From Verrucomicrobiales bacterium (GTDB lineage: Bacteria; Verrucomicrobiota; Verrucomicrobiia; Verrucomicrobiales; V1-33): 29,323 bases of DNA. This document shows, piece after piece, positions 1 through 8,681 of the stretch (position 1 is its first letter; the number at the start of each line of letters is the position of its first letter). The stretch is taken from positions 1 to 29,323 of the forward strand of contig JANOAV010000133.1 of NCBI GenBank assembly GCA_031411295.1, written 5' to 3'. The position numbers were made by a program, and so were the translations under genes. Under the pieces are notes generated by a model. It searched no databases. It saw only the letters and a program-made list of their open reading frames with translations, and was not told the origin of the DNA.

Positions 1-87
1 CACAGGCATCTGACCATTGAAGTAAATGACCCGCCCATCAAAACGCTGAAAGCCAAGCTCCGGCGTAATAAGAGTGCAAGCGTCTGA
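1..87 (+). CDS. Possible 3' end of an upstream gene (partial)
   Basis: Frame 1 is open from the window edge to TGA at 85-87 (HRHLTIEVNDPPIKTLKAKLRRNKSASV*). Too short to assign. Confidence 0.3.
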   Translation, partial: HRHLTIEVNDPPIKTLKAKLRRNKSASV

Positions 88-334
88 GAAAATGGGAAGT
101 TGAGGTTGAGGCACTGCCAAAAAGTAACCAATACCCCTCCAAAGTCTAGCTCAATGACTTTCCAGCATCCCATCTCTTCCCCTTGTCACTACGTCCGCAG
201 GTCAGGATGTCTGAGGCTAGACACCAACTGCTGTTCCTATGATAGGTCGCCCCACCAATTTAAGTGGTTCCCACCATCCGGCACTCATGCAGAATAACGT
301 TGCGCAGCATTTCCAAAACCGCTAGGCTGCCGCC

Positions 335-2401
335 ATGTTGCGCCTTACATGTTGTTTAATCGTTGGTCTCGGTAGCTGCTTATGGGCCGAGCCAGTTCCT
401 GCTCCTGTTGAAAAAATCTGGAGCGTGCGATCTTATCGTTTCACGGACGAGCTTTTAGTTCAAGGTTTCGACACCAAGGATCAAGGCAAACTCACGCCCC
501 CTACAGCCCCGGTGGCGAAGGCGGCCGAAGCGGAAATCGTTAAATTTATCAAGCGCAGTAACCAGATCCTCAGCACCTACTTTTCCCAATTGGGCTATGC
601 GCCTCCCGCCGGTTCCTTGCTGGAGTTTGATCCCAAGAGCTTAACCTTGGTCGCCCGCACCACGGAAAACTACCACGAATTACTTGCCGCGCTGGCGCAA
701 CAAATGATGCGAAACCGCGTCATGATTATGACTGGAGAACTATCCATCCTTGAGGCAGAATCCGCAGAGATCAGGTCCGCGCTCGCAGCCGCCGCAACAT
801 CCGCTAATCACGCAGAAATCCTGGACCGCTTGGGCAAGTTGGCCGAACAGGGCAAAGCTCGGCGGGTGGCAGATCTGCAATTGGAAACCAAGAGCGGTCA
901 ACGCGTTAAGGTGTCTGCCAACACGGAGCGCTCCCAAGCCAGCGACTTCACGGTGGAGCCAAATTTCTCCACTGCTACCACGCAGGAAATGCGTCCCTTC
1001 GGCACTTCCTTGGAGTTGGATCCCATCATGGGGGAGGACGGGCAAACGATCGATGTCACCTACGCGGTGCATCATGATTTTGCTCCGCCTACAGAACGCT
1101 GGGAAGCCGCCGCAGGTCGCATTGTGAAGGAACCCGTGGAAACTCGCCTGACCGATTTCCACGCGACCGATCTCACTTCTTCTGTAACGATCATGAACGG
1201 CACGGTGAAACTGCTGGGAGTCTGGAAACCGCAAGCCGCCGCTCCGAATCAGCCCGAAGTCCAGCAGATCGCCTTCCTGCGCATGGGCGCGCAGCGCCTG
1301 ATGCCACTGGAAAATCCCCTGCTGAGCCAATGGATGACGGCTCAGGGAGAACAAGTCAGCCCTACTCCGAAGGAAGCCCCGCCCTTGCCGGAAGGCGTTC
1401 CAGCTGGAATGACTATACGTCTGCTGCACGTGCCTGCGGCATGGTGGCCTTTGGCGGATCCATCTCCTGCTGTGGCAGCCGATCCATTCGCCTCAGCAGA
1501 TGGCCCCGGGCGTGGCGGCAGCAAGTCCGAGCCCAGATTCACCACCAAAGCCACCGTTTTAGAACTCCTTCGCGCCTATGGCCTTCCACTCCCTGAAGGT
1601 TCCTCTGCCACTTATGATATTGATCACGAAATCGTGCTCATCCGCAGCACTCCAGAAATCATCGCCCAAGTGCTCCCATGGTTTAGAGACGGGAGGAAAC
1701 ATGCCGCCCCCAAGACCCTTGGCCTAACCGCCCACGTCGTTCAGGCGGACGGGGCCATGCTGCGCAAACTGCTGGCGGACAGCCGCAAAGTCACGGATCA
1801 CACGGCTCAATGGCAGGCCATTGAAGCATCGCTGGCTCAGGCGGCAGTGACCATCCCTAGCTCAGTCTGGATCGAGACCAAAAGCGGGCAGCGCAGTAAA
1901 TCCCAGTCCGGCCATGATTTTATGACCGTGGAGACGAGTCTGGATGAGTTCTCCGTTCCCAGCGGACCTGCCACAGCGGCAAAACCTGCGGACAAAAAAG
2001 ACGCCCCCGCACCAGTCCCAACCACAATCAATCTATTCCCGCAGGCCGAGAGGACATTGAACGGCTCTCATAAGTCCCAGCACGTAGGCACCACCTTGGA
2101 AATCGATCCCGTTATTGGAGAGGACGGCCAGACTGTGGATCTCCAGTTGGCGCTGGACTACGATTATGCCCCACCCACGCAACATCCCACTCCAGAGCGG
2201 GATCCAGGCAAATTTCGCATCGAAGATCCCGGCACGGACTTCCATCGGGCCAACCTCAACCTTGGAACCACCATGCTGTCTGGCACCTGGCGCATGGTCG
2301 GCATCTGGAAACCCCAAGGCACTCCTGAGTTCGATGGCAAGGATCTGCTCCAAGCCATGTTCATCCGCGCGGACATCCTCTCAGCTGCGCCAGCCCGCTA
2401 G
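335..2401 (+). CDS. Exported protein with two tandem secretin-like (type II/III secretin C-domain-like) modules
   Basis: N-terminal signal peptide. Internal duplication: ETKSGQR..GTSLELDPIMGEDGQTID..APPT..TDFH..LGVWKPQ and ETKSGQR..GTTLEIDPVIGEDGQTVD..APPT..TDFH..VGIWKPQ. Each half is preceded by an N-domain-like segment (GYAPPAGSLLEFDPKSLTLVART / GLPLPEGSSATYDIDHEIVLIRST). Confidence 0.7.
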   Translation: MLRLTCCLIVGLGSCLWAEPVPAPVEKIWSVRSYRFTDELLVQGFDTKDQGKLTPPTAPVAKAAEAEIVKFIKRSNQILSTYFSQLGYAPPAGSLLEFDPKSLTLVARTTENYHELLAALAQQMMRNRVMIMTGELSILEAESAEIRSALAAAATSANHAEILDRLGKLAEQGKARRVADLQLETKSGQRVKVSANTERSQASDFTVEPNFSTATTQEMRPFGTSLELDPIMGEDGQTIDVTYAVHHDFAPPTERWEAAAGRIVKEPVETRLTDFHATDLTSSVTIMNGTVKLLGVWKPQAAAPNQPEVQQIAFLRMGAQRLMPLENPLLSQWMTAQGEQVSPTPKEAPPLPEGVPAGMTIRLLHVPAAWWPLADPSPAVAADPFASADGPGRGGSKSEPRFTTKATVLELLRAYGLPLPEGSSATYDIDHEIVLIRSTPEIIAQVLPWFRDGRKHAAPKTLGLTAHVVQADGAMLRKLLADSRKVTDHTAQWQAIEASLAQAAVTIPSSVWIETKSGQRSKSQSGHDFMTVETSLDEFSVPSGPATAAKPADKKDAPAPVPTTINLFPQAERTLNGSHKSQHVGTTLEIDPVIGEDGQTVDLQLALDYDYAPPTQHPTPERDPGKFRIEDPGTDFHRANLNLGTTMLSGTWRMVGIWKPQGTPEFDGKDLLQAMFIRADILSAAPAR

Positions 2402-2432
2402 TTTTCAGACTCCGGGCCAGCAGTCGCACACC

Positions 2433-2485
2433 GTAGCGGGGGTGCCCCCGCCCCCGATCCTCGTCTCGGGGACGCCCTCGTCCCC
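2433..2485. repeat. Pair of GC-rich REP-like palindromes
   Basis: GTAG-CGGGGG...CCCCCG (2433-2456) and GGGGACG-ccct-CGTCCCC (2468-2485), just downstream of the 335-2401 gene. GTAG followed by a palindrome is the classical REP layout. Confidence 0.45.
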
Positions 2486-2594
2486 AGCGATCCCTCCACT
2501 GGGGATTAAGAACGCCGCCGCTCCTCAAGCAGCTAGATTTCGGGTGACATCCGCCATTCCTATGACAGCATCCGTCGTCCTCAACACCATCCCA

Positions 2595-2801
2595 ATGGCC
2601 GAAGCTTCCACCACCAAGCCCGATACCGAAGGCGTCCACGCAATTGCCAATAGGACTAATCCTGATCTTGTCGCGGATATTGTGTTTGTTCATGGACTGG
2701 GAGGTGGATCGCATAGCACTTGGACGAACCGCAACGGATTCTTTTGGCCACGACGTGCAGTCGACATTGATTGCATTTCTAGACCAGTCAGTTCTATTTA
2801 G
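2595..2801 (+). pseudogene. Truncated alpha/beta-hydrolase (SERAC1/PGAP1-like) N-terminal fragment
   Basis: ATG at 2595 (or 2562) gives ..ADIVFVHGLGGGSHSTWTNRNGFFWP. The ORF stops ~17 codons later, with no nucleophile-elbow (HSxGG/GxSxG) motif. Confidence 0.65.
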
Positions 2802-3058
2802 GCTGGCATTCGCGATGGAGAAAATTTATCTAGCCAATGCTCTCGGACTGTGCGACAGAGACTGCCCTGTCGAACCCGCAGCCATTTTTTCCCAAGCATG
2901 AATTAAGTTTTCCAATCAAACGTAACTTTTGCGCCCACTCAAAAGTCTCTGCGCGGTCATCAAAACCGCTAATCTTTATACTGCCCGAACCATCAAGAAT
3001 TAAAGTCGTCGAGCCGCTTGCGATAAAGATGCCACCCTTAATCTCCCACCAAGCCCTT

Positions 3059-5698
3059 ATGAAAACCACCCTCCTAAAACTCTTCCGGTCCACAGTGCTT
3101 CTCAGTTGTAGTTTAACCTCGTTCCCGCCTGTTTCGTTCGCACAGAGTCCAGCGCTCCCGCCTACGGCTGATTTCCAAGCGGAGCTTGTGAATGGCACGG
3201 GGAAGTGGTCATTGGTGTTCGACACGCTTCCGGGCTATGGCTACACCGTCGAAGAAAGTCAGGATTTGGTGAGCTGGACACCGGCCGGCAACGGAATGTT
3301 TTACGGCAATGGCAGCCAGCAAAAATGCTACATTTGCGATGGGCCCATGCCACCAGCGCCTTCCAGCGGGAATGGTGGAATTACTCCGCCCACGACGCCC
3401 ACTTGGACTCTACAGGATCTTCAATTTGTCCTGCAACTCCAGTCCAATAACGGAAGCCCCTATTATCGGTTGAAGCGTCCAGCCTACACCCCAAACGGAG
3501 GGACATCGGAGTTGGCGGTCTGGGATGAGATCATCACCGGCTCCCTCCCTGCTCAGGACGAAGGTTCGCGCACCTTTCCTTTGTTGGAATGGAACGATAC
3601 GACCACTCACACCATGTATTGGGTAACGGTAACAACGCAAACTTCCTCTGACCCAATCGACCCTGACACTTATGAGACCACGCCAGAGCAAGCAGCAGAC
3701 ACGCAAGTATTCCAAGCTATCAAGGCACAGTTGATTGCTCGGCTAGCGGCACCGGATGTTGTCGTAGGGCCACACGTGCCCACCCCTCACAAATTCGCCC
3801 GCCTAAAGCGCACTGAATTAGACGTGAACCAAAATTTGCTATGGGACTGGTGGGAGCTGGGGAACGGCTTCGCACCGTTCTCGCTTGCAGGTCAGGTGGG
3901 ATATGGTGATCCAAACGGTGATGATGATCATGATGGACTTACGAATCAACAGGAACAGGCTGGCGGGACCTTTGCTCAAGACCCGGACACTGACAAGGAT
4001 GGCTTCCTTGATGGAGAGGACTCCAACGCCAAAGATCCCACGATTCATCCACCAGCCACGACATATCTAATCATGGCGCACCGTAAGGTTGATTTGACCC
4101 AGAATAGCCCAGCTTACACACAGTATAAAACGACCAACTGGGGTGACATATTTCCATCTCAGGATTTCAGTCAAAGTCCATACACCTCAATCGGGGCACT
4201 TGTAGCTGAATTGGCAACCATCTCATATCCCGAGAACCAATCTGACAAGGCCCTCAAGGGATTGATGGGAGACTCTGTTGTGGACGCCTACGTAACGAGA
4301 TCAACCTACGGTGCAACGGCACAGGTCACTGGCTGGGTTGATCAAGCCCGGTGTTGGTTGGTGCATAAGCCCATCGAATCCGTTGATACCACTGCGGAGT
4401 TTTTTACTACGACAGCGCGGACCCTAATGTTTGCCACTACCTACGGTGATCCGGTGAAGGTCACATTAACCGTGCCTGCGGGTAAAACGTTGTCCGAGCA
4501 TTTCGATCTCGAACCGGCCACCACCCCGGAGCCAATCCCGACGGATTTTTGGCTGGTGGCCAGTAAGGAAATCAGCCCCGGCCTTACAATTTTTAGCGGC
4601 CAAAACGCAACAGCCCCGGTAACTGATGATAAGAAAGTGACCGTTGGCGCATTCACCGTGGCCAATCTCAATGACACAGATGGCGATGACATAGTCGATA
4701 AGTATGACAATGAGGTGAAGGTTGCTTCGAACAATGTCCCATCAGCTACCGGCAAATTGGATGAAGTAGATTTGATGAAATTGGTGATTTCCGGACCATC
4801 GCGTGGGAAGATGAGGCTTAAAGTCGTGAACGGAAGCATTAAGTTGTGGGAGAAATCCACCAAAGAGACAGCAATTACCCTCACCGACGGGACTCTTGTA
4901 GTGGAAGCTGCCAATCTTCCGAAAACGGTCTGGATAGAAGCCACCGCTATCAGCGCCACAGTGCGGGACATAGAACTCAAAGTAGGACACGAAGACCCGA
5001 CTGGTAAGTTTACGGATGACCTTGCTAAAGTTAAGGCCACTGCTGTCTGGGTGGCCCCAACGGCAAACGGTGTGCACATCACCGGAAATCAATTGCCAGA
5101 CGACGCGGACAATCAGCCTATAATCAACACGTTCAACAATCAACTGGGAGCCGCATTTGGCGCTCGTCTTAGCGGCCAAGGAGCGTCTCAGACTGCTGAT
5201 TATAGCATTGGATTCGAGTTTCTCGTAAGTCCCGCTGGGGTCGGTTCGGAGAGTGATGTAGTTTTTGACATTTCCCGAAAGCGTGAATCTGCCTCTTGGT
5301 TGATGAATCCAAATCTTGTTTGGACTGCGAATCCGCCGGTGCCATTGCCAAGTGGTGACTTGGTTAATGACGACAGCACAAATGAAGATGAGGATTCCGA
5401 TCCATTGCACAATCACATTTACTCGGTCGATAACCCTGCCACATTAATTGGAAAATTCACATCCCTGCCGGTCAATAGGGTTGTGAAACGAGCGAATTTC
5501 AAAGAATTTGTTCGAATCAAATTTGACGGCGTTCCTTTTAAGAATCGCAACGCTGATGTAGAAGGAAGCCGTTGCTCAGTTAATCGGTTGTGGAATATCC
5601 GGAGCGACCTTAGTCGGGATGCAAATAACTCTTGGATATTCACACCCGGAGAAAACACGGTCGGTCTTGGCAATGATCCATTGGGCGCACATCCATGA
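3059..5698 (+). CDS. Large secreted protein with TSP3-like Ca-binding repeats and an unknown C-terminal domain
   Basis: Start reassigned to ATG 3059 (MKTTLLKLFRSTVLLSCSL..SFAQ signal peptide). Contains a GYGYTVEESQDLVSW module, DDDHDGLTNQQE..DPDTDKDGFLDGED thrombospondin-3-like repeats, and an acidic NLNDTDGDDIVD..DEVDLMKL segment. Confidence 0.75.
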   Translation: MKTTLLKLFRSTVLLSCSLTSFPPVSFAQSPALPPTADFQAELVNGTGKWSLVFDTLPGYGYTVEESQDLVSWTPAGNGMFYGNGSQQKCYICDGPMPPAPSSGNGGITPPTTPTWTLQDLQFVLQLQSNNGSPYYRLKRPAYTPNGGTSELAVWDEIITGSLPAQDEGSRTFPLLEWNDTTTHTMYWVTVTTQTSSDPIDPDTYETTPEQAADTQVFQAIKAQLIARLAAPDVVVGPHVPTPHKFARLKRTELDVNQNLLWDWWELGNGFAPFSLAGQVGYGDPNGDDDHDGLTNQQEQAGGTFAQDPDTDKDGFLDGEDSNAKDPTIHPPATTYLIMAHRKVDLTQNSPAYTQYKTTNWGDIFPSQDFSQSPYTSIGALVAELATISYPENQSDKALKGLMGDSVVDAYVTRSTYGATAQVTGWVDQARCWLVHKPIESVDTTAEFFTTTARTLMFATTYGDPVKVTLTVPAGKTLSEHFDLEPATTPEPIPTDFWLVASKEISPGLTIFSGQNATAPVTDDKKVTVGAFTVANLNDTDGDDIVDKYDNEVKVASNNVPSATGKLDEVDLMKLVISGPSRGKMRLKVVNGSIKLWEKSTKETAITLTDGTLVVEAANLPKTVWIEATAISATVRDIELKVGHEDPTGKFTDDLAKVKATAVWVAPTANGVHITGNQLPDDADNQPIINTFNNQLGAAFGARLSGQGASQTADYSIGFEFLVSPAGVGSESDVVFDISRKRESASWLMNPNLVWTANPPVPLPSGDLVNDDSTNEDEDSDPLHNHIYSVDNPATLIGKFTSLPVNRVVKRANFKEFVRIKFDGVPFKNRNADVEGSRCSVNRLWNIRSDLSRDANNSWIFTPGENTVGLGNDPLGAHP

Positions 5699-6456
5699 AA
5701 AACTTTATTTTATTTTTTATCTTCATGGGGGTGACTTTCTCGGTGGAGCCAGTTAGCTCCTTGGAAATGTTCAGGAATGAAAGTATGCCTACTGAACGCC
5801 GGGTAGCGGCGGCAAAAAGTTGCCTCACTGAGGCCAAAACCGACGATCAAGTGCTGGAGGTTTTCTCCCGCTATCTCTTTCTTGAGAGAACGGCATCCGT
5901 AGAGAAGATCGAAGGACATGATTTTAGAACTCGATTTCCGATCTGTGCTCTTTTGGCAGATAAGGCGGAGGCCACCCCCATTTTTGTGGAAACCTTTTTC
6001 CAAAGTCCCAATGGTAGTGATCGACAGACTGTTGTTGAATGGGCAATTCAGGAACAAAAACTGAGAGGTTATGACTCTGTTGCATTGATTTCTGCTAAGA
6101 TGCACAATGCGACCCCTGAAATGGCACGGAAAGCGTCGCAGCTTATAGAAACTCTAAATGGGTTGATTCCGCTTACGCCTCCCCCAACCCCGGAATATCT
6201 GAAACCAGACAGTCGATTTATTGATGACGCAGAGCTGTTGGAGCTAGCAGCCCGGGGTGTTAATCCAGAGTCGGGCGCATCGGCAATTAAGCCGGGGTCG
6301 GCGGACGAGCGACCGATTGCTCAAACAATGCGGCAGCCGCGTGAAACCGAACAGCGAGATTTGAACGCCGCGCCTAAGCGATTCACTTCGTGGCTAATAT
6401 TTGTGCTGGCGGCGGTGTTGATGGTAGCTTTCTGGAGAGTAGCCAAACGCCGCTAG
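5695..6456 (+). CDS. Exported, membrane-anchored hypothetical protein (candidate immunity protein)
   Basis: ATGA overlap with the upstream stop. N-terminal signal peptide, helical body, and C-terminal TM with basic tail (WLIFVLAAVLMVAFWRVAKRR). Confidence 0.7.
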   Translation: MKNFILFFIFMGVTFSVEPVSSLEMFRNESMPTERRVAAAKSCLTEAKTDDQVLEVFSRYLFLERTASVEKIEGHDFRTRFPICALLADKAEATPIFVETFFQSPNGSDRQTVVEWAIQEQKLRGYDSVALISAKMHNATPEMARKASQLIETLNGLIPLTPPPTPEYLKPDSRFIDDAELLELAARGVNPESGASAIKPGSADERPIAQTMRQPRETEQRDLNAAPKRFTSWLIFVLAAVLMVAFWRVAKRR

Positions 6457-6531
6457 ATAGATAGCAGAGGGCGTATTGCAATTTCTTCAGCCTAGAACAG
6501 AGCAGGTATTGGCGTTCCACTTCCTTAACTC

Positions 6532-7221
6532 ATGAAATTTCGAACCATTGTGCTCAGCACCACCGTCTTATTGGCTGCTCTCGTCTTATGGAGCAAAAGA
6601 GTCGGTAAGCCCCCACCTTTGGAGCCCGCCCTGCCAGTCACTGGGAGTTCGGTAGCATCGCCCGAATTATTTCCGGCAACGCCCACGAGTCCAAACGAAT
6701 TTATCACGCAGGATTTTCAACTATCTGATTTAAGCGACGAAGCACTGGTAGATATTTTCGAAAATAAGGAAGGAAAGGAGTGGTCAGCGGCCCTCAAGGA
6801 ATTAAAAACTCGAAAAACTGCTACGTGCGTAACCGCGTTAGTTAGAAATATAGATCAAGTAAGATCAATAAGCATCGTGAACGCGGCAGTAATGGCAACC
6901 AACCCAGAAAGTGGATTTCCCGTCGCGCAAGCATTGATTGACTGCCGACCGGAAGCCGCAGCTGAGTTGATGGCAGCAATAGCGGATCGAGGAAACAATA
7001 TGAGGAAAAGGCTGTTGCCATTTCTAATCCTGTTTCCGTCAGGCCGAACGGAAGAACAACCCCTTGAAGCCAGCAAACAATTCCTCGCCCACTTGAATAC
7101 CGACGCCGAGCGAGCGGCGTTTTTGGAGATAGGCGGAATCGCAAACTCTGCTGAAATACTTGCTAGTTTCTTCCCTCTGGACGCGCCTATTCCCGTCGAC
7201 TTGAGTAGTGGATCTCAATAG
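6532..7221 (+). CDS. N-terminally anchored helical hypothetical protein (candidate second immunity protein)
   Basis: 229-aa ORF with N-terminal hydrophobic segment, Pro-rich linker and HEAT-like helical region (FPVAQALIDCRPEAAAELMAAI). Confidence 0.7.
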   Translation: MKFRTIVLSTTVLLAALVLWSKRVGKPPPLEPALPVTGSSVASPELFPATPTSPNEFITQDFQLSDLSDEALVDIFENKEGKEWSAALKELKTRKTATCVTALVRNIDQVRSISIVNAAVMATNPESGFPVAQALIDCRPEAAAELMAAIADRGNNMRKRLLPFLILFPSGRTEEQPLEASKQFLAHLNTDAERAAFLEIGGIANSAEILASFFPLDAPIPVDLSSGSQ

Positions 7222-7241
7222 GAGGCAACCAGTTCGCGCGG

Positions 7242-7266
7242 ACGATTTACGATTTGCGATTTACGA
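7242..7266. repeat. Short 7-bp tandem repeat (RCGATTT)x3.5
   Basis: acgattt acgattt gcgattt acga in the convergent intergenic region. Confidence 0.55.
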
Positions 7267-7362
7267 ACCGGAGGGTTCAGGAAAATGGTTCGGCCTCTAC
7301 GGTCGGTGGTGCCGTTCCGTAGAGGCCGAGGGGTTTGGGTGTGATTTTGGGTTTTGCTTACA

Positions 7363-7383
7363 GGGGGAGCAAGATGCTCCCCC
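7363..7383. repeat. Perfect hairpin (REP-like or terminator-like)
   Basis: GGGGGAGCA-AGA-TGCTCCCCC: 9-bp stem, 8 nt beyond the stop of the minus-strand gene 7392-8276. No clear U-tract. Confidence 0.55.
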
Positions 7384-7391
7384 ACCTTGGG

Positions 7392-8276
7392 TTACGCGCC
7401 GACGACGATGGTCTGGATGGCGCTCCAGTTCCCTTTGCGCTGGCCGTCCACGTTATAGATGCCGCGGAATTTCCACTGGGTGAGGGTGGCGGGGAAGGGG
7501 GTGGTATCGATGTAGTTCGGGGTGGTGTCCACGACGAGGGGGACCCAGCCGGCTCCACGATCCACTTGGAGTTCGCAGGCGTCCAGCCAATCCGTATAGC
7601 CGCCCCAGCCCCAGGTGACGAAGATTTGTCCGTTGAGGATGGTGACTTTGAGTTCCGGGGCCAGGGTGGCCCAGTCCGGGCCGCTGGCTTGGCTGCCGAT
7701 GATGCCGAGGTCCGTCCCGATCTCTGGGGTGAAGCCGGGATCATCCTTGATCTCCTGCACGGTGGTGAAGATGCGGTCCAGGGCTCCTTCCTTTACGGGA
7801 ACCACGGCGGGGAGGCCGCCGGGGGTGAGATCGGCTGCCGGCGGGTTGGGCGGGACGAAGGTAGGGAGGACGAAGAGTTTATCATTGGTGGAACTCTCGG
7901 CCAGCTTTAGGGCCTCCGTGCAGGACTTGGACCACTCCCGCTGGGCGGGCAGCCAGGAGACGTAGAGGTAGATGAGCCAACGGGCATCCGCGATGCGGGC
8001 CGCACAGTCGGCGGGGGAGACGCCTACGACGGCGGCGTGATTGGCGATCTTATTCCGCAAGTTCTCCAGCCAGATGATCTGGGCGGGTTTGTTGGTGGGA
8101 TAGAAGTCGGTGTGTTTCATGGGTTTGGTTTTGTTTTTTGTTTTTGTTATGGCTGGCTCCGGGGGCACGTAGCCCACATCACCAGGTTCGAGAATGCCGT
8201 CCCACGTTATGTTGGGTGAGTCGTATCGGTAGGGCTGTCCGTTCTCATCGACGGAGTCCCAGAAGAGGGGTTTCAT
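7392..8276 (-). CDS. Cytoplasmic hypothetical protein: N-terminal helical region plus C-terminal Fn3-like beta domain
   Basis: 294-aa ORF with no signal peptide. Beta-rich C-terminus (..VTWGWG..LVVDTTPNYIDT..WKFRGIY..GNWS). Alternative start at ATG 8120 (MKHTDFYP) after an A/C-rich tract. Confidence 0.8.
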   Translation of the reverse strand: MKPLFWDSVDENGQPYRYDSPNITWDGILEPGDVGYVPPEPAITKTKNKTKPMKHTDFYPTNKPAQIIWLENLRNKIANHAAVVGVSPADCAARIADARWLIYLYVSWLPAQREWSKSCTEALKLAESSTNDKLFVLPTFVPPNPPAADLTPGGLPAVVPVKEGALDRIFTTVQEIKDDPGFTPEIGTDLGIIGSQASGPDWATLAPELKVTILNGQIFVTWGWGGYTDWLDACELQVDRGAGWVPLVVDTTPNYIDTTPFPATLTQWKFRGIYNVDGQRKGNWSAIQTIVVGA

Positions 8277-8336
8277 GCGGCGTGGAGGGTGGTAAATGGT
8301 GGTGTGAACCGGGAAATGGCCCGGGTGGGGTCATTT

Positions 8337-8630
8337 CACGCGGTGGTGCAGTGCCTGGACGCGGTGGTGATGCGTTCTGAAGCGCTGGTGAGAATACTAG
8401 AAGCGGTGCAGGAGTTCTTTCACGCGATGGTGTAATAATTTCACGCGCTGGCGAATGAGCACGACGGGGCCGTGAAGCTCCGTGAGGCGGTGCAGAGGTC
8501 CCCAAAAGCGGTGCTCAAGTCTTCTGACGCGGTGCTCAAGTTCCGCCAAGCGCTGGTGAAACTCCGCCAAGCGGTGGGGAAACGCTGCCAAGCGCTGGTG
8601 AGACTCCTCCAAGCGGTGGGGAAATTCCCC
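8337..8630. repeat. Degenerate tandem array of 14 x 21-bp units
   Basis: Units start at 8337, 8358, 8379 ... 8610 with no indels. The 5' part is conserved (SAMGCGSTG: A at position 2 in 14/14, GCG in 13/14, TG in 13/14) and the last ~9 nt are variable. Confidence 0.85.
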
Positions 8631-8681
8631 GGCCGGCAGGGACGACAAGGGAGCAGCCCAGCGAGCTGTCCCACACTCGCG

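Noticed and set aside
124..2950. Additional GTAAC...GTCT ECF-like promoters at 124-149 and 2921-2950
   Set aside because: Spacing differs from the conserved AAC-N16-CGT pattern and the CGT box is absent.
8337..8630. CRISPR array or TIGR-Tas array
   Set aside because: The 21-bp period is too short for repeat plus spacer, the repeats are degenerate, and no cas gene or recognisable Nop-domain or nuclease gene is in the window. Kept only as an unexplained array.
8397..8648. 83-aa His/Arg heptad ORF as a real gene
   Set aside because: It has a TTG start, the repeats continue three more units past its stop codon, and conservation looks nucleotide-level. Not excluded, but not supportable.
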